A stretch of DNA of 64,000 nt, from the IMG/VR virus record IMGVR_UViG_3300027896_000033, positions 3,351 to 67,350 of that record. One strand, written 5' to 3'. This document shows, piece after piece, positions 18,701-28,600 of this stretch (within the stretch, counting starts at the first letter, position 1; every line of letters starts with the position of its first letter). The position numbers and the translations under genes are program-made. The notes under the pieces were generated by a model, which searched no databases, had not been told where the DNA came from, and saw only the letters and a list, made by a program, of their open reading frames with translations. The DNA is from a virus.

Positions 18701-21116
18701 TATTCCCATTCTGATATACTACATACAAGTCATTAGTTTTGTCATTATATAGAGTAGTTTGCGCCCCTTTGAAAATATTTAGAGTCGATGTTGATTGCCC
18801 GTATAGAAACCAAGGAGTTACAGGATAAGTAGTAGGCTGCCCCATCGCATTAATCGTTTGATTTAACACAACAGAAGGATCTGCAAAATTAATTCCTGGT
18901 AAAGCACTTGTTAACCCAGCAAACGATACATCTCCTTTGTATAAGAGTGTAGCTTTATCAACAGGAAGATATTCACCTTGTATTGGAAAGACACCTGAAT
19001 TATCTTGATATGTCAATTGCACATCTGCATTTCCAGGCACTGAATAAATAATAGCATTAGGAATAGGAATATTACTATCTCTATGATTAAATGAATTTGG
19101 TAATTGATTTTGAGTTAACGGAATTAGTGAACTGATATTAGTATAGTATGAGGCCATACTAGTAGTACCTATTCCAACATAACTATCAAGCCAGTAGATA
19201 GTTTCAGTAATTCCATATTGAGTAGTTAAGTTTAACACTTCTTTACTGTCAAGATCAACATCAAACAATAACGTACTATTCTGCACTAAAAGATGCCCAT
19301 TAATACATGTTACACTGACTGGAGTATTCATGTATTGCTTTGCATTAATAAGAGATAACAAAGGATCTATTGCATTCGTATTATTAGCAAATGTTGAGGT
19401 ACCGTTGATTAGAAAAGGTTGTGCTACAAATTGCTTAATTGTATCAAAATACTTATAAAGTTGCTGTCCATTAAATAAGTACAAATAATCTTGCCATTCA
19501 AAAATGGAGTAAACTGAACCCCAAGGTATATTATCAGCTGGATGTATTTGTTCCCATACATCATTTGATATATTGTACACCCACAAATCATTAAAGGAGT
19601 TAGAATCAGAATACCCTCCTAAAATATAGATGTAGTTACTATTAACTATTGCCATCCCAGCCTTTTGTCTAGGAGGTGGATACACATCGACTAAATTATC
19701 ATCCTGTGCATGTACTAATGTCCATGTTCGTAAACCAAGATCAAAATACCATAAGTCATTATAAAATTTAGTACCGTCAAATCCTCCAAATAACCAAACA
19801 CGTCCATTATAACTGTCATATGACAATGAAGTATACACTCTTGCAGTAGGTCTTTGAGTACCACTGAATGTATATTCTTGCACATTTAATGTTGTATTAT
19901 TTAATACATATGTACCTTCATTAAACGTATTATTGCCTTGATAAGAATACATACCTCCATAAAAAAAGGTCTGTGCATTATTTATATTAATTGAAGGCAT
20001 TTGTATGCCAACAGGAGGTAATGTAATGGTTTTAGTTGATTGTAAAGCAGCGGAGGTATTGTATAGTTTCGCAACTGAAACATTATAGGTGCCCATACCT
20101 ATATTATTTCCATAATATGTTGGTGTACTTACAATAGTCCAATAAAAACTATTATACGGATTAACAGCAGCAATACCACTTCTTACAAGAACAAATTGTG
20201 CGCCTGTATCATCCCATCGATATACAGAACCGTTATTCAAAAATACATTAATATAACTGCCGATAAGCAAACAACAATTATTAGCTGCCGGAACAAAAGG
20301 TGCTGTTATAGTGGTTGAAGTTACCGCATTAGTTATCTTATTTACTGTATAGATAGCATTAGGCTCAACAACCCCTATATCATTAAGTCCCCCAGCAATA
20401 TAAATCTTTATGTTTGTCGCATCATTAAAAATTATATGCCCTTGTCTATTTGGTAGGATTCTGTTTGGGTCAAAATTAGTCCAGATACCGGTAGCTAAAT
20501 TGTAAGACCATACATCGTTTAAAGGTACAATAAACGATGATGTATTAGCGGTATTAATTGTTAGTGTATCAGTCTCTCCTCCAAATAATAATAATTCAGT
20601 TGAAGTTGCTACTATATTACTTTTACGTCTTCTAGAAGGCATTTGATTTCCACTTTTCTCTATAAGTGAAAAATTTAAATTTACCCATTGATCTGTATTA
20701 ATATTGTACTGCCACAAATCATTCATACATCTATTATCAGAGTACCCACCTAATATGTATAAATTAGTCCCATCGTACGAATATGCATAATTAGTACGAC
20801 CTTGTGGGTATGAATTTCCTGCAAATTTGTATTGTACATATCGAGCGTTATCAGCAAACTCAATAAAAACAAATCTAGCATCAGTTCTATTTAATAATCC
20901 AAATAGCCTATGAATGTTATTTTGATCAAAGAAAGGTATATAACAATCAACTGCTGGTGCATAAGGGTTAATAGTTTTTGATACGTCAACTAGATTTTGA
21001 GCAGGGTAATACGGTACATCAACAATGTTTCTAGTTTCCTCGGTAATTATATCGTAGTTACTGTAATTATGAGTTGTATATGGGATATTAGACAATACTC
21101 TACTTTCTGTTGTCAT
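15723..21116 (-). CDS. Giant Kelch-repeat (multi beta-propeller) protein, 1797 aa, likely virion-associated
   Basis: Kelch signatures YILGG..NDLWQYNINTDQW, LLFGG..NDVWSYNLATGIW, WLFGG..NDLWYFDLGLRTW, YMFGG, YIVGG; C-terminal Ig-like segment. Confidence 0.85.
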   Translation of the reverse strand: MTTESRVLSNIPYTTHNYSNYDIITEETRNIVDVPYYPAQNLVDVSKTINPYAPAVDCYIPFFDQNNIHRLFGLLNRTDARFVFIEFADNARYVQYKFAGNSYPQGRTNYAYSYDGTNLYILGGYSDNRCMNDLWQYNINTDQWVNLNFSLIEKSGNQMPSRRRKSNIVATSTELLLFGGETDTLTINTANTSSFIVPLNDVWSYNLATGIWTNFDPNRILPNRQGHIIFNDATNIKIYIAGGLNDIGVVEPNAIYTVNKITNAVTSTTITAPFVPAANNCCLLIGSYINVFLNNGSVYRWDDTGAQFVLVRSGIAAVNPYNSFYWTIVSTPTYYGNNIGMGTYNVSVAKLYNTSAALQSTKTITLPPVGIQMPSININNAQTFFYGGMYSYQGNNTFNEGTYVLNNTTLNVQEYTFSGTQRPTARVYTSLSYDSYNGRVWLFGGFDGTKFYNDLWYFDLGLRTWTLVHAQDDNLVDVYPPPRQKAGMAIVNSNYIYILGGYSDSNSFNDLWVYNISNDVWEQIHPADNIPWGSVYSIFEWQDYLYLFNGQQLYKYFDTIKQFVAQPFLINGTSTFANNTNAIDPLLSLINAKQYMNTPVSVTCINGHLLVQNSTLLFDVDLDSKEVLNLTTQYGITETIYWLDSYVGIGTTSMASYYTNISSLIPLTQNQLPNSFNHRDSNIPIPNAIIYSVPGNADVQLTYQDNSGVFPIQGEYLPVDKATLLYKGDVSFAGLTSALPGINFADPSVVLNQTINAMGQPTTYPVTPWFLYGQSTSTLNIFKGAQTTLYNDKTNDLYVVYQNGNTLKLNSADNTFFTYYTSLWEGSAFGYHKSQNIIYAFGGIRNSRAVYMQDGILSPSLSFANTDGSANVEKTHNGLIQFNLNINEMNINSIQSYQKTNNATVVDYPIVRDYLVNQIRTYIEGYANNTATNSLDAIKEQVYLSSQPIVDDLSQFDFILEDGTRPSARAFSAYTQIGNKLYMFGGCECVQADSCAGGHFQSPWDTSMPGTMSNSLRVFHGQSPIYNIQNEARLAVCFDMDAKKWTTLTPLVNWRYMASAVPSTNGLFIYIVGGYTDVNCTGISSLITIYDVANNTYENLQGVPSNYLPRALPLVRWLDDDKLLIMYGMYTYPSFNPGDGCPSYTYHHLPINDAWIYDKRSNIMYKAFEDIDIKASLVAKDSFYVGLPTDNKAYSLSVSPEVTPHGSLILKALEWDLVKGVINPLPIIPTSEILTEYSPFATPTLQSIIEQIAVTSGSSNITLNDIINFSYTQTNFRFRYCWVEEYGQYNHKFMFIIGEMAANTGITHLQDVAQGYVECQLRFWYVDLDLPDANRVMHTISYSYPLPLSPVTISYDGSRYIYAIYNKYNIWRLDFKGVLNDSSGSYWYQCPPCLDCNFLGESRTNTSSTDPWNSFFTLPNYLTLISSNGRIARMDTNTFVWYLDKSSAPLPPTKGAKLIAGSELSNQELYLYDLGGISGKVLNIYEQQWDNFFLDMRKTSSVSTSFPSVVENKLWPTFLRRKRMYTMNQLGHILYTWLRIDGVYDVDFQLQDFYDGSEIRIYGDYTLIQNDLNIVVQVFGVTSGWVTIPNTSYSTVINETGWDWDGDYTRRYVHMFIDAQGNVAHKYATLPPNYVSVNLLTGLPSQQPISNIRIYYKNTPSNSNYVSHINQVELISNQTIVDSYDTALGTVPLAIVHMEPLTINDEYSNQFAVYVKNEGDNPATNVVMYAFGNTWIQFNLNPTLTPDAWTIRDENNPFPVATTINPGGSVIVYIRAVNIDERPHSTDLVVRGVYAFA

Positions 21117-21170
21117 TTTTAAAACCTCGTGTATTTTAGTAACTAATCATAAATGTTGTAATTATAATTG

Positions 21171-21212
21171 ATGTTTTATCACTCGAAAGGAAAGCATGGA
21201 AAAGTAAAACAT
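21171..21212. promoter_or_regulatory. Divergent TAAAACAT boxes (21171-21178 minus; 21205-21212 plus)
   Basis: Exact motifs facing the divergent genes at 21116 and 21257. Confidence 0.75.
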
Positions 21213-21256
21213 TTATACAAAGAATGTTATTTGTTAATTTTTGAGATGGTATAATT

Positions 21257-22096
21257 ATGGATGTGTCTTACTCACAGTTACGAAATATAACCTGCCCTAT
21301 TAGGCACTATTTCACATTAACAAAAAATAAAAGTTCTGAATTATTTAGACCTGCTACTTTAGGGCATCTCGTCCATAGAATTTATGCAAAAGCATTTAAG
21401 AATAGAAATTTTAAATTTGTCACACCTGATTTTGTACAGAAAGAATTAATTAATATTAGTGGGGCTAATATTAATATGTACAACCTAGTTACTGAACATA
21501 TTCATGAAAGTGTATTAAAAAAATTCCCAAAAAAATTAGAAATTGAAGCGCAACATACTGTGGTAACTGATAAATTACCACATATCGATTCAGAAGTTGT
21601 TATATACAACAAACCAGATATATCATACATACAGAAAAATGTTGCTACAGTATGTGAGATAAAAACTGGAGGGTATAAGAAGTTCGATCCGTTGCAGCTA
21701 CAATATTATGCTTGGGGATTATCACTTAAAAATAATACAATAGATCATTTCGTGACTAAAGTCTTTTATACTGCAACAAACAATATAGATGTTATTAATT
21801 TATTTACTAGGGATGAACTTCAAACAGCTATTGATAGATATTTGTATAGCTCATGTAAAGCATACGATTTTTTGGGTATAAAAAGTAGTAAAGAAGTAGC
21901 TTCGGTACTTCCATTTCTAATAGCCACAAATTCAGAGAAATTAACGGGTCTTTTTAACATTATCCATCCAGAACAATGTGCTTCTTGTAATTCATCAATA
22001 ATATGCCCTGCATATTTACAAGAAGTGACTAAAACATTTGAAAAAAAGATGTCTAATCTAACTAGTAGTGATATAATGATTCAAGTAAATGTGTAA
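21257..22096 (+). CDS. PD-(D/E)xK nuclease, Cas4/RecB-like with Fe-S cysteines
   Basis: N-terminal CP, GHLVHR, KPDI..EIKTG..QLQYYA, C-terminal CASCNSSIICP. Confidence 0.8.
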   Translation: MDVSYSQLRNITCPIRHYFTLTKNKSSELFRPATLGHLVHRIYAKAFKNRNFKFVTPDFVQKELINISGANINMYNLVTEHIHESVLKKFPKKLEIEAQHTVVTDKLPHIDSEVVIYNKPDISYIQKNVATVCEIKTGGYKKFDPLQLQYYAWGLSLKNNTIDHFVTKVFYTATNNIDVINLFTRDELQTAIDRYLYSSCKAYDFLGIKSSKEVASVLPFLIATNSEKLTGLFNIIHPEQCASCNSSIICPAYLQEVTKTFEKKMSNLTSSDIMIQVNV

Positions 22097-22121
22097 ATTT
22101 AAAAGTATATGCATTATTTGT

Positions 22122-22150
22122 TTGTAAACTATTTAAAATTACTTTATAGT
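22122..22150 (+). promoter_or_regulatory. Sigma70-type promoter for the putative late sigma gene
   Basis: TTGTAA-N17-TATAGT. Confidence 0.65.
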
Positions 22151-22188
22151 ATGCATTATATTTAATTTTTTAAGGAGTTTACAAAAAC

Positions 22189-23259
22189 ATGTTGCTATCA
22201 TTAGAACTCGAAATACCATGCGGCGATCAAAGAAATATTCATTTACAGTTAGTAAATAATAAACGAAGATTAAAAAGAGGATGTAAAAAGAAAAAAACAA
22301 GTACAAAACCCCTTATTGATAGAGCAATGCACATATTCAATAATGGTAGTCTTAATGATTATACCCATCCAAAAGAAGTTGACCCTTATTGGGATACACT
22401 TTATCGACAATACGAAGCTCTTGTTTATATCGAACTACTTTACAAAAATAATGTAAAAAAGTGTGAAGTTATATTAGATAATAACAATATTCGTTCTATT
22501 CTTTATGATCTAGAAAGAATTAAACAGCAGAAAAAAATACTTCTACATTACTTAATGAATTTTATGAACATTATGTACGGTTCAGTAATTCAGAGAAGAT
22601 TTTATGGGTGGAAATATTACATAGAAGATTTTGTTAGTAAATTTAACGAAGTAGCTATCGTAAATTTAACAAAATTAAGATTTGATGTTGATCAAACAAG
22701 ATGCTCAGTTTATTTTTATCAGGCTTTCTGGTTATCAGGATTATCAATAATCAATAAAATATCTGACGATTTAAAAAGAAACGAAAGTGATAGTGCTAAA
22801 AGCAGCAAACATAATTTCGATTCAGAAGACGACTTTGATACATTGTATGATATGTATGGTTCAGATGCTATTGATACTTTTAACACTATTGATAGTAATA
22901 ATACTATAGCAGCTATAGTGGAGGAGGTAGTTGATCCTAATATTGAAGTTATTGTTATTCACAATTCTATAGTTGAAGAGAAATTGGAAGAAGTGACAGA
23001 AATTGTAGCAGTTGATAGGTATGTAAATATGGGAGTTGCAGAAATTGTAGAGGATGTTGATTTTAATATCTTCTGCACTCTTAAAAAATTATTGTATCAA
23101 TTAGGTATAAACCATACTTCAATACATACATTTTCAGATAAGAAAATTTCAAAACTAGGTAGGATTATACGTAAAAAAATAACAAATGGTGAACTAGTGC
23201 TAAATAACACAGATAAGCAATCACTCGTTATGCTGTTTTCATCGCCACTGTTGAATTAG
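22189..23259 (+). CDS. Putative divergent T4 gp55-like late sigma factor
   Basis: RRFYGWKYYIEDFVSKFNEVAIVNLTKLRFDVDQTRCSVYFYQAFWLSGLSIINK matches by eye the gp55 region-2 pattern (F..Y...EDM.S...E.......FD.......YF.Q.....F...I.K); acidic tract follows. Confidence 0.6.
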   Translation: MLLSLELEIPCGDQRNIHLQLVNNKRRLKRGCKKKKTSTKPLIDRAMHIFNNGSLNDYTHPKEVDPYWDTLYRQYEALVYIELLYKNNVKKCEVILDNNNIRSILYDLERIKQQKKILLHYLMNFMNIMYGSVIQRRFYGWKYYIEDFVSKFNEVAIVNLTKLRFDVDQTRCSVYFYQAFWLSGLSIINKISDDLKRNESDSAKSSKHNFDSEDDFDTLYDMYGSDAIDTFNTIDSNNTIAAIVEEVVDPNIEVIVIHNSIVEEKLEEVTEIVAVDRYVNMGVAEIVEDVDFNIFCTLKKLLYQLGINHTSIHTFSDKKISKLGRIIRKKITNGELVLNNTDKQSLVMLFSSPLLN

Positions 23260-23831
23260 ATAAATGTTTTCTGTGCTACAGTAGCGTTTACAGTAGCACA
23301 GATCGCATCATCAGTGGCATTTAGTACACGTTGTATTAAATCATCAATATTTATAAAACCTGCATTAAAAAACATTTCACCTAACATCTGGACCTGTTCA
23401 GGTATAAGTACATACCCAAACAGTAGATGAGGATGAATAACTGAGTGTTGCATTAGAAATAAAAATGCAGCTTGATTCATATCATTTAATGTTGCATTAT
23501 TAGGGCTTTCGAGTATCTGTTGAAATTTCCTTCCTGCAAATGCATAATGTAACTCATTAGTTTTCCCATATAAATAAGCGAGACTATCATGGTACCCTTG
23601 ATTATCGCCTATCCATTCAGTATGAGATTTCCAAAAATCTCTAACAATTTCATAAGGGTTTTGGTATACACATTTAACATCAGCACCATAAGAATCACAC
23701 AGTACAAACAGCATGTTAGGTGTAAATTCCTTAACCATTACTGAATCTATATAACTATCAAGATGGCTAAGATCATTAAGTATATTTGTACTTTCAATAG
23801 TAGTATTAGACATTTGTAATTGTCCCTTCAT
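23256..23831 (-). CDS. Hypothetical protein
   Basis: 191-aa ORF, last gene of the amidoligase operon. Confidence 0.7.
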   Translation of the reverse strand: MKGQLQMSNTTIESTNILNDLSHLDSYIDSVMVKEFTPNMLFVLCDSYGADVKCVYQNPYEIVRDFWKSHTEWIGDNQGYHDSLAYLYGKTNELHYAFAGRKFQQILESPNNATLNDMNQAAFLFLMQHSVIHPHLLFGYVLIPEQVQMLGEMFFNAGFINIDDLIQRVLNATDDAICATVNATVAQKTFI

Positions 23832-24219
23832 ATTTAGTAAAATACTTTAACATTTCTGGGTATTCAAAAGGAGTAAATGCATGCCCATGTTTATTTTGAT
23901 ATTCTTGAATCATTCTGTGTCTTATTGTACTCCAATTTTCTGGGGTCATCTCATATTGATAAGGAAATAATTTAGTAGTTAAACGTTTTAATAATTCTGG
24001 TGATTTTAATGTTGCTTTTAATTTCTTTTTTATAATTTTAGGATTTAATTTTAATACATCTGGTGTTAAAATATAATCATTAAACCACGCAACAAAATCG
24101 AATGTTAATCCCAACTCAAAAGAAGTAAAAAATATATCAAATACTGATATTGGATTCTTATCAAATTTTTCTTTATCTATGGACAGTATAGCACTTTCAT
24201 TTATAAATACAAGGATCAT
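23806..24219 (-). CDS. Hypothetical protein
   Basis: 137-aa ORF directly abutting the upstream stop codon. Confidence 0.7.
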   Translation of the reverse strand: MILVFINESAILSIDKEKFDKNPISVFDIFFTSFELGLTFDFVAWFNDYILTPDVLKLNPKIIKKKLKATLKSPELLKRLTTKLFPYQYEMTPENWSTIRHRMIQEYQNKHGHAFTPFEYPEMLKYFTKYEGTITNV

Positions 24220-25644
24220 TTACGTCTCCAAACATTTTTTGTTTATTTGTTTAGCAATTCCTTTAGATAAAGGATCATGTATTCCTAATATGTCCATTGT
24301 ATTATCAAACCACTCATTCATTGCATCATGGGCAGGATTTTGAGGATCATGTAAAGCACCTAAAACCGAGGGTCCTCCTGAATTACGTCCTCCTATAGTC
24401 ATACTATAACTTGGTAGAATATTATGCAAACGTTGTGTTCCACCCATATGCTCAACGTAGTGATCTACATCACTACTAATTTTATTAGCTATTACAACTT
24501 GGTTTGCAATAAATCCTATATCAAAAACACCTCCATGGAATCTTGTTTCAAGTCTCTGAGTACCTGCCTGTATTCTAAAATCAGCTCTACCCTCATCATA
24601 CTCACTTGAAAGACCTAAATGTGCTGTTGATTGCCAACGTGTTTTATTTTTTGCTAAAATATCAAGCATTAAACCCATATGATTTAAATAATTAGAAGCA
24701 GTTTTTTGTATATCGTATGAGTTACCTGATCCAGGTTGTAAACATCCTAAAGTTGTACTTACATGTACTCCATATTTGGGCCCAAGAATTCTATCAGAAT
24801 CTTTTATTGCTTTTTGAGCATCTAATGCAGCAAATGATAAATGGGTCGCATATAATAAATTAGTCATAGGCGCTGCACCAATAACTATTTCCCTAGTAGC
24901 AATACCACCAGGTAATGAACAATCAGAACATGTTCTAGTTGAATATGAACCTCCAGCAGTATGTGTAAGAAGATTTCTTGGATCAATGCCAAACAATCGT
25001 CTTGATGGTTCTGCTATCATGGTTTCAAAAGTCTGTCCGTTTGCACCAGGACCATTACCTCTATCTTTTTGAACATAGGCTGTTTCGTATTCTAAAGAAT
25101 TAAATGTTGAATCTTTTAAAGCATGATTAGGTAAAAATAAACCATTTTTTGAATTTAAAGGAAGTATTCCTCCGATCTTCATTAATTCCTGTAATACACT
25201 TTTATGTAAAGGGACATTACTAATATTATTAACTGTAAAGTTATCTAAATTAAGCCCATTAGAAAAAGCAGCTTTATTTATTTTAGGAATTTCAGATTTG
25301 AAACCTGACATGTTAATAGGATGAATTTGATTAGTTAGTAATGATTTACTTGATAAATGTTGAGTAGCAGGTTCAAATGTGGAAATTTCAATTTTATTGT
25401 CATTACCTATGTGTGTTATTACAGGCATTGAAGTAATACCTGCAGGAATCTTAAAATCTTTTCCAGAAACTGTGTTTATAGTATGTATAGAGGTTCTTTG
25501 AGACACATTAGGATGAGATGTATGATTTGACTCATAAATATTTTTCATAATTGAAGCACTCAAACGAACTTCAGAATGAGCAGGATTTATATCCTTTAGT
25601 ATCTTTTTACTATACTCAGTATATGCATTAATATCAATAGTCAT
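24220..25644 (-). CDS. Amidoligase (COOH-NH2 ligase, glutamate-cysteine-ligase fold) paralogue 2
   Basis: SLEYE, DCSL, REIV, GVHV, RLETRFHGG motifs; start reassigned to MTIDINAY (25644), overlapping the upstream stop. Confidence 0.65.
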   Translation of the reverse strand: MTIDINAYTEYSKKILKDINPAHSEVRLSASIMKNIYESNHTSHPNVSQRTSIHTINTVSGKDFKIPAGITSMPVITHIGNDNKIEISTFEPATQHLSSKSLLTNQIHPINMSGFKSEIPKINKAAFSNGLNLDNFTVNNISNVPLHKSVLQELMKIGGILPLNSKNGLFLPNHALKDSTFNSLEYETAYVQKDRGNGPGANGQTFETMIAEPSRRLFGIDPRNLLTHTAGGSYSTRTCSDCSLPGGIATREIVIGAAPMTNLLYATHLSFAALDAQKAIKDSDRILGPKYGVHVSTTLGCLQPGSGNSYDIQKTASNYLNHMGLMLDILAKNKTRWQSTAHLGLSSEYDEGRADFRIQAGTQRLETRFHGGVFDIGFIANQVVIANKISSDVDHYVEHMGGTQRLHNILPSYSMTIGGRNSGGPSVLGALHDPQNPAHDAMNEWFDNTMDILGIHDPLSKGIAKQINKKCLET

Positions 25645-28600
25645 ATGTATCTCTATGTTTACAACGTCTGTAATAATCAAAAGCAAAATTTTGAGAAGTA
25701 GCATCTTTGATACCGAGGCATGACCCAAGTATCTCGTTGAAAGTGCCTTTTGTCCTTTCATTCCATCCATTAGTAGGAGGTATAAGTGTATCAGTTAAAG
25801 CTACATTACCCGTATCACCACTAGATGCACCCTGTACTAAATCAGACATTATTTTTGTTGCGAACGCTAATTGTGCTACTGGGTGTGCTCCACCTGGAAT
25901 ATATTGTGCATGTCTCATCTCTAGTACGCCATGTGTCTGTACTTTGTGTAATCCTCCAGTTGTATATTTTGCTAATTTTTGTAATCCAGATGTTTCTATA
26001 TGTCCTGATTGATTAGATAAATTACTTAAATCCCCCCAAAAAGAGCCATTTTCTCGATAAAATGAGTACATATTTGTTTCAACACCATTATTGTGTTCTG
26101 CTCCCACTATACGTTCTTGACTCATATTCTGAGACCAACATTGCCCTGAATTTGCAGCATGTGTTCTTGCACCTGATGAAAGAGATTCTGGTTGGATAGC
26201 CGCACCATACAAATAATCACTTGTACTACCTTGAAGAGTATAACCATAACGTTCAGGAGATGATGTAGTGCTTTTAATTACGTTTTCAAATAAACGAAAA
26301 TAATCAGCTCCAAATTTTAAAACATCTTGTCTACCACTTTCAGGTACTGCACCGACATTAATGTGTATCCCAGGAGGATCATTAGGCCCTCTTGTCGCAC
26401 CGTAATTTCCACCTTCAGCACGTCCTCCTAAATCACGTAATGCTTCACCGATATGATATAGAGCTTTTACACCTCTAATCCCTTGCATTTTAGCAGTCAC
26501 ATATTCGGTACCATCACCATGTAGAGATGGCTCGTCATCTTTATGTAGTGATCCTTCAAAACCCATTTTGTTTATATCATATCCATATTTATCTTTTATG
26601 TGAGAGGCTATTTCAGTAGCACTTTTAAAAACTCCTGGGGTTTCAAATTCGGCACCAAAAGTATGGTTAAGGTTTGTAAAAGAAGGTGCAAATATAGCTT
26701 TATTCTGAGCAACAGGAATAACATACCCATTACCTAATGCTTCTCTCATAGATAAACTAGTATTCATTAATTGCATATGTTCTGGATTAAGATCCATTTC
26801 TGGAGTAGGGGAATCTGCAACATTGAATGAATTCGTAGGATAGTTATGGCTAGTATATGAAGCATTTTCTCCTCCATCACTTATAGGTGATAATGATACA
26901 GTACGTCCACGCTGTACTACACTTGTTGGAGGGGCTGTTTTATTAATCTGATGTTGGACCATGTCATCTACCATCCATTTATATGTACCATCCGCATTCT
27001 TACCTACTAAAGCACCTCCAAAAGATAGCATTTTTTTAGTTTCAGGAGTCATATTGTTATGATCAACATCCATAATTCTATATTCGTTTGCTGGTACCGA
27101 TCCATGTCCTATATTTTGATAAAATTTACGATCATCTGCAAGTCCAGCACTTGCATCCAATCTTTCCCTCATTGCACCTAATGCTTCGATAGTTCTTGAA
27201 GTAGCTGTTAAGTTACCAGGAGTTGCAGGTGTTACCGAACCTCCACCCGTAGAATATCGTTGCTCAAATGTTTTAAAGGTAGAATCAGGCATTACTTCTA
27301 TCATACCGGGATTAGTATATGTACTTGTTCTTGTTGGAGCAGGTGTTGTGTCTGTGTTGTTGTAAGCATTAACAACAGTGGTGCCATATCGCCCTGAACC
27401 GATACTTTCTAACATTGCTGAGACATCAGTTATGTGAGGAGTGGGTGGATTTTCTGTAATGCTACTTGTTGTATGTGCTGTATTATTATTTAATGCGTCT
27501 TGTACATTGGATCCCGGTGTAGTTAAAATACGTAAAGGATCAAAAGGCGCTGCCCCTGTTGAACGTGTACCTGCTATAGAACTGTTAGGGTTAACCTCAA
27601 CACCAGCTTGTTGTGCATTAAAAATTTCCCCATCATCATCTACAGAATTCCAATTAGGTTCGGATGTAGAGGTTGTTGAAGCTGCTTGATGAGTTTCTGG
27701 AGGTGTTGTTTGTACTGATGGAGTGGTAGCTGCCGGAGCAGGGGTTACAGGGGCTGTTGTAGGTGTTGGTGAAACTGGATTTGTAGAAGATACAGGAGTT
27801 AGCCTAGGGGTGCTTGTATTAAAAATAGTATTGTCATAAGCACCTGAAACTATTGCACTAAGCCCTGGATTTGTAGCAGTTAAATGATTTAAATATTGAT
27901 CCACATTATTATTTGAAAATCCAAATGAGTTTATGTCACCTGGTCTCGGTGTGTTTCCAGTGCCTTGACTGCTATGTATATTAGCATATTGATTATCCAT
28001 TGCAGAATTGTATGTCCGCATAGCTAATTGGTAAATACCTTGATCGCTCCTTGCTATACCAAATGTATCTTTTAATGTTCCAATGGAGGGAGTAATTTTG
28101 CGTTCTAAACTAGATACAGTATATGAATTATGTACACCTTGTATAGTTTCTCTAATAAAACCAAAGTCATATCCATGATTAGTGCCGTACATACTCATCA
28201 ATCCAGTAAAACTGGAAAGATACGCCATGCCTTTTTCCGCATTATCCTGAAAAGGTGCTTCTCCTTCATGTCCTGGAGTTGCATTTTTTACAAATGGCTT
28301 AATTTTATCATTAATTGCAGTTATGTTTTCTAAATATCCTTTCCCTATGCTATTTTGTAAAAGGAGACCTTTTAAAGAATTATGTTTCTCTATTGCTGTA
28401 TTTCCTACAAGCTTCATGTCACTGTGTTCTGGAAACATTAAACTATGCAGAGTAGCAGTATTTAATGCATGAGTAGCTAATCCACTATTTGATCCAGGAG
28501 TGATTTTTGTGACTACATGATATGCATGTTCCTCAGCTCCATATCTAGTACCTTGGAGACCATGTGTTGGAACGCCTGAAAGCACTGATGCTGCTCTAGC

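Noticed and set aside
21257-22096. CRISPR-Cas system suggested by the Cas4-like gene
   Set aside because: No repeat-spacer array or other cas genes seen in the window
25645-25770. N-terminal 42 aa of the 516-aa ORF, including a hydrophobic stretch resembling a signal or TM segment
   Set aside because: Overlaps the upstream gene by more than 130 nt; the ATG at 25644 coupled to the upstream stop is the more plausible start
26318-26325. Intragenic TAAAACAT copies (e.g. 26318 antisense, 57484)
   Set aside because: Some chance hits are expected in AT-rich DNA; not counted as promoters without start-site data
27200-27830. Repeat-like GC-richer stretch in the large amidoligase gene
   Set aside because: Explained by Pro/Thr/Ala low-complexity linker codons; no discrete DNA repeat unit
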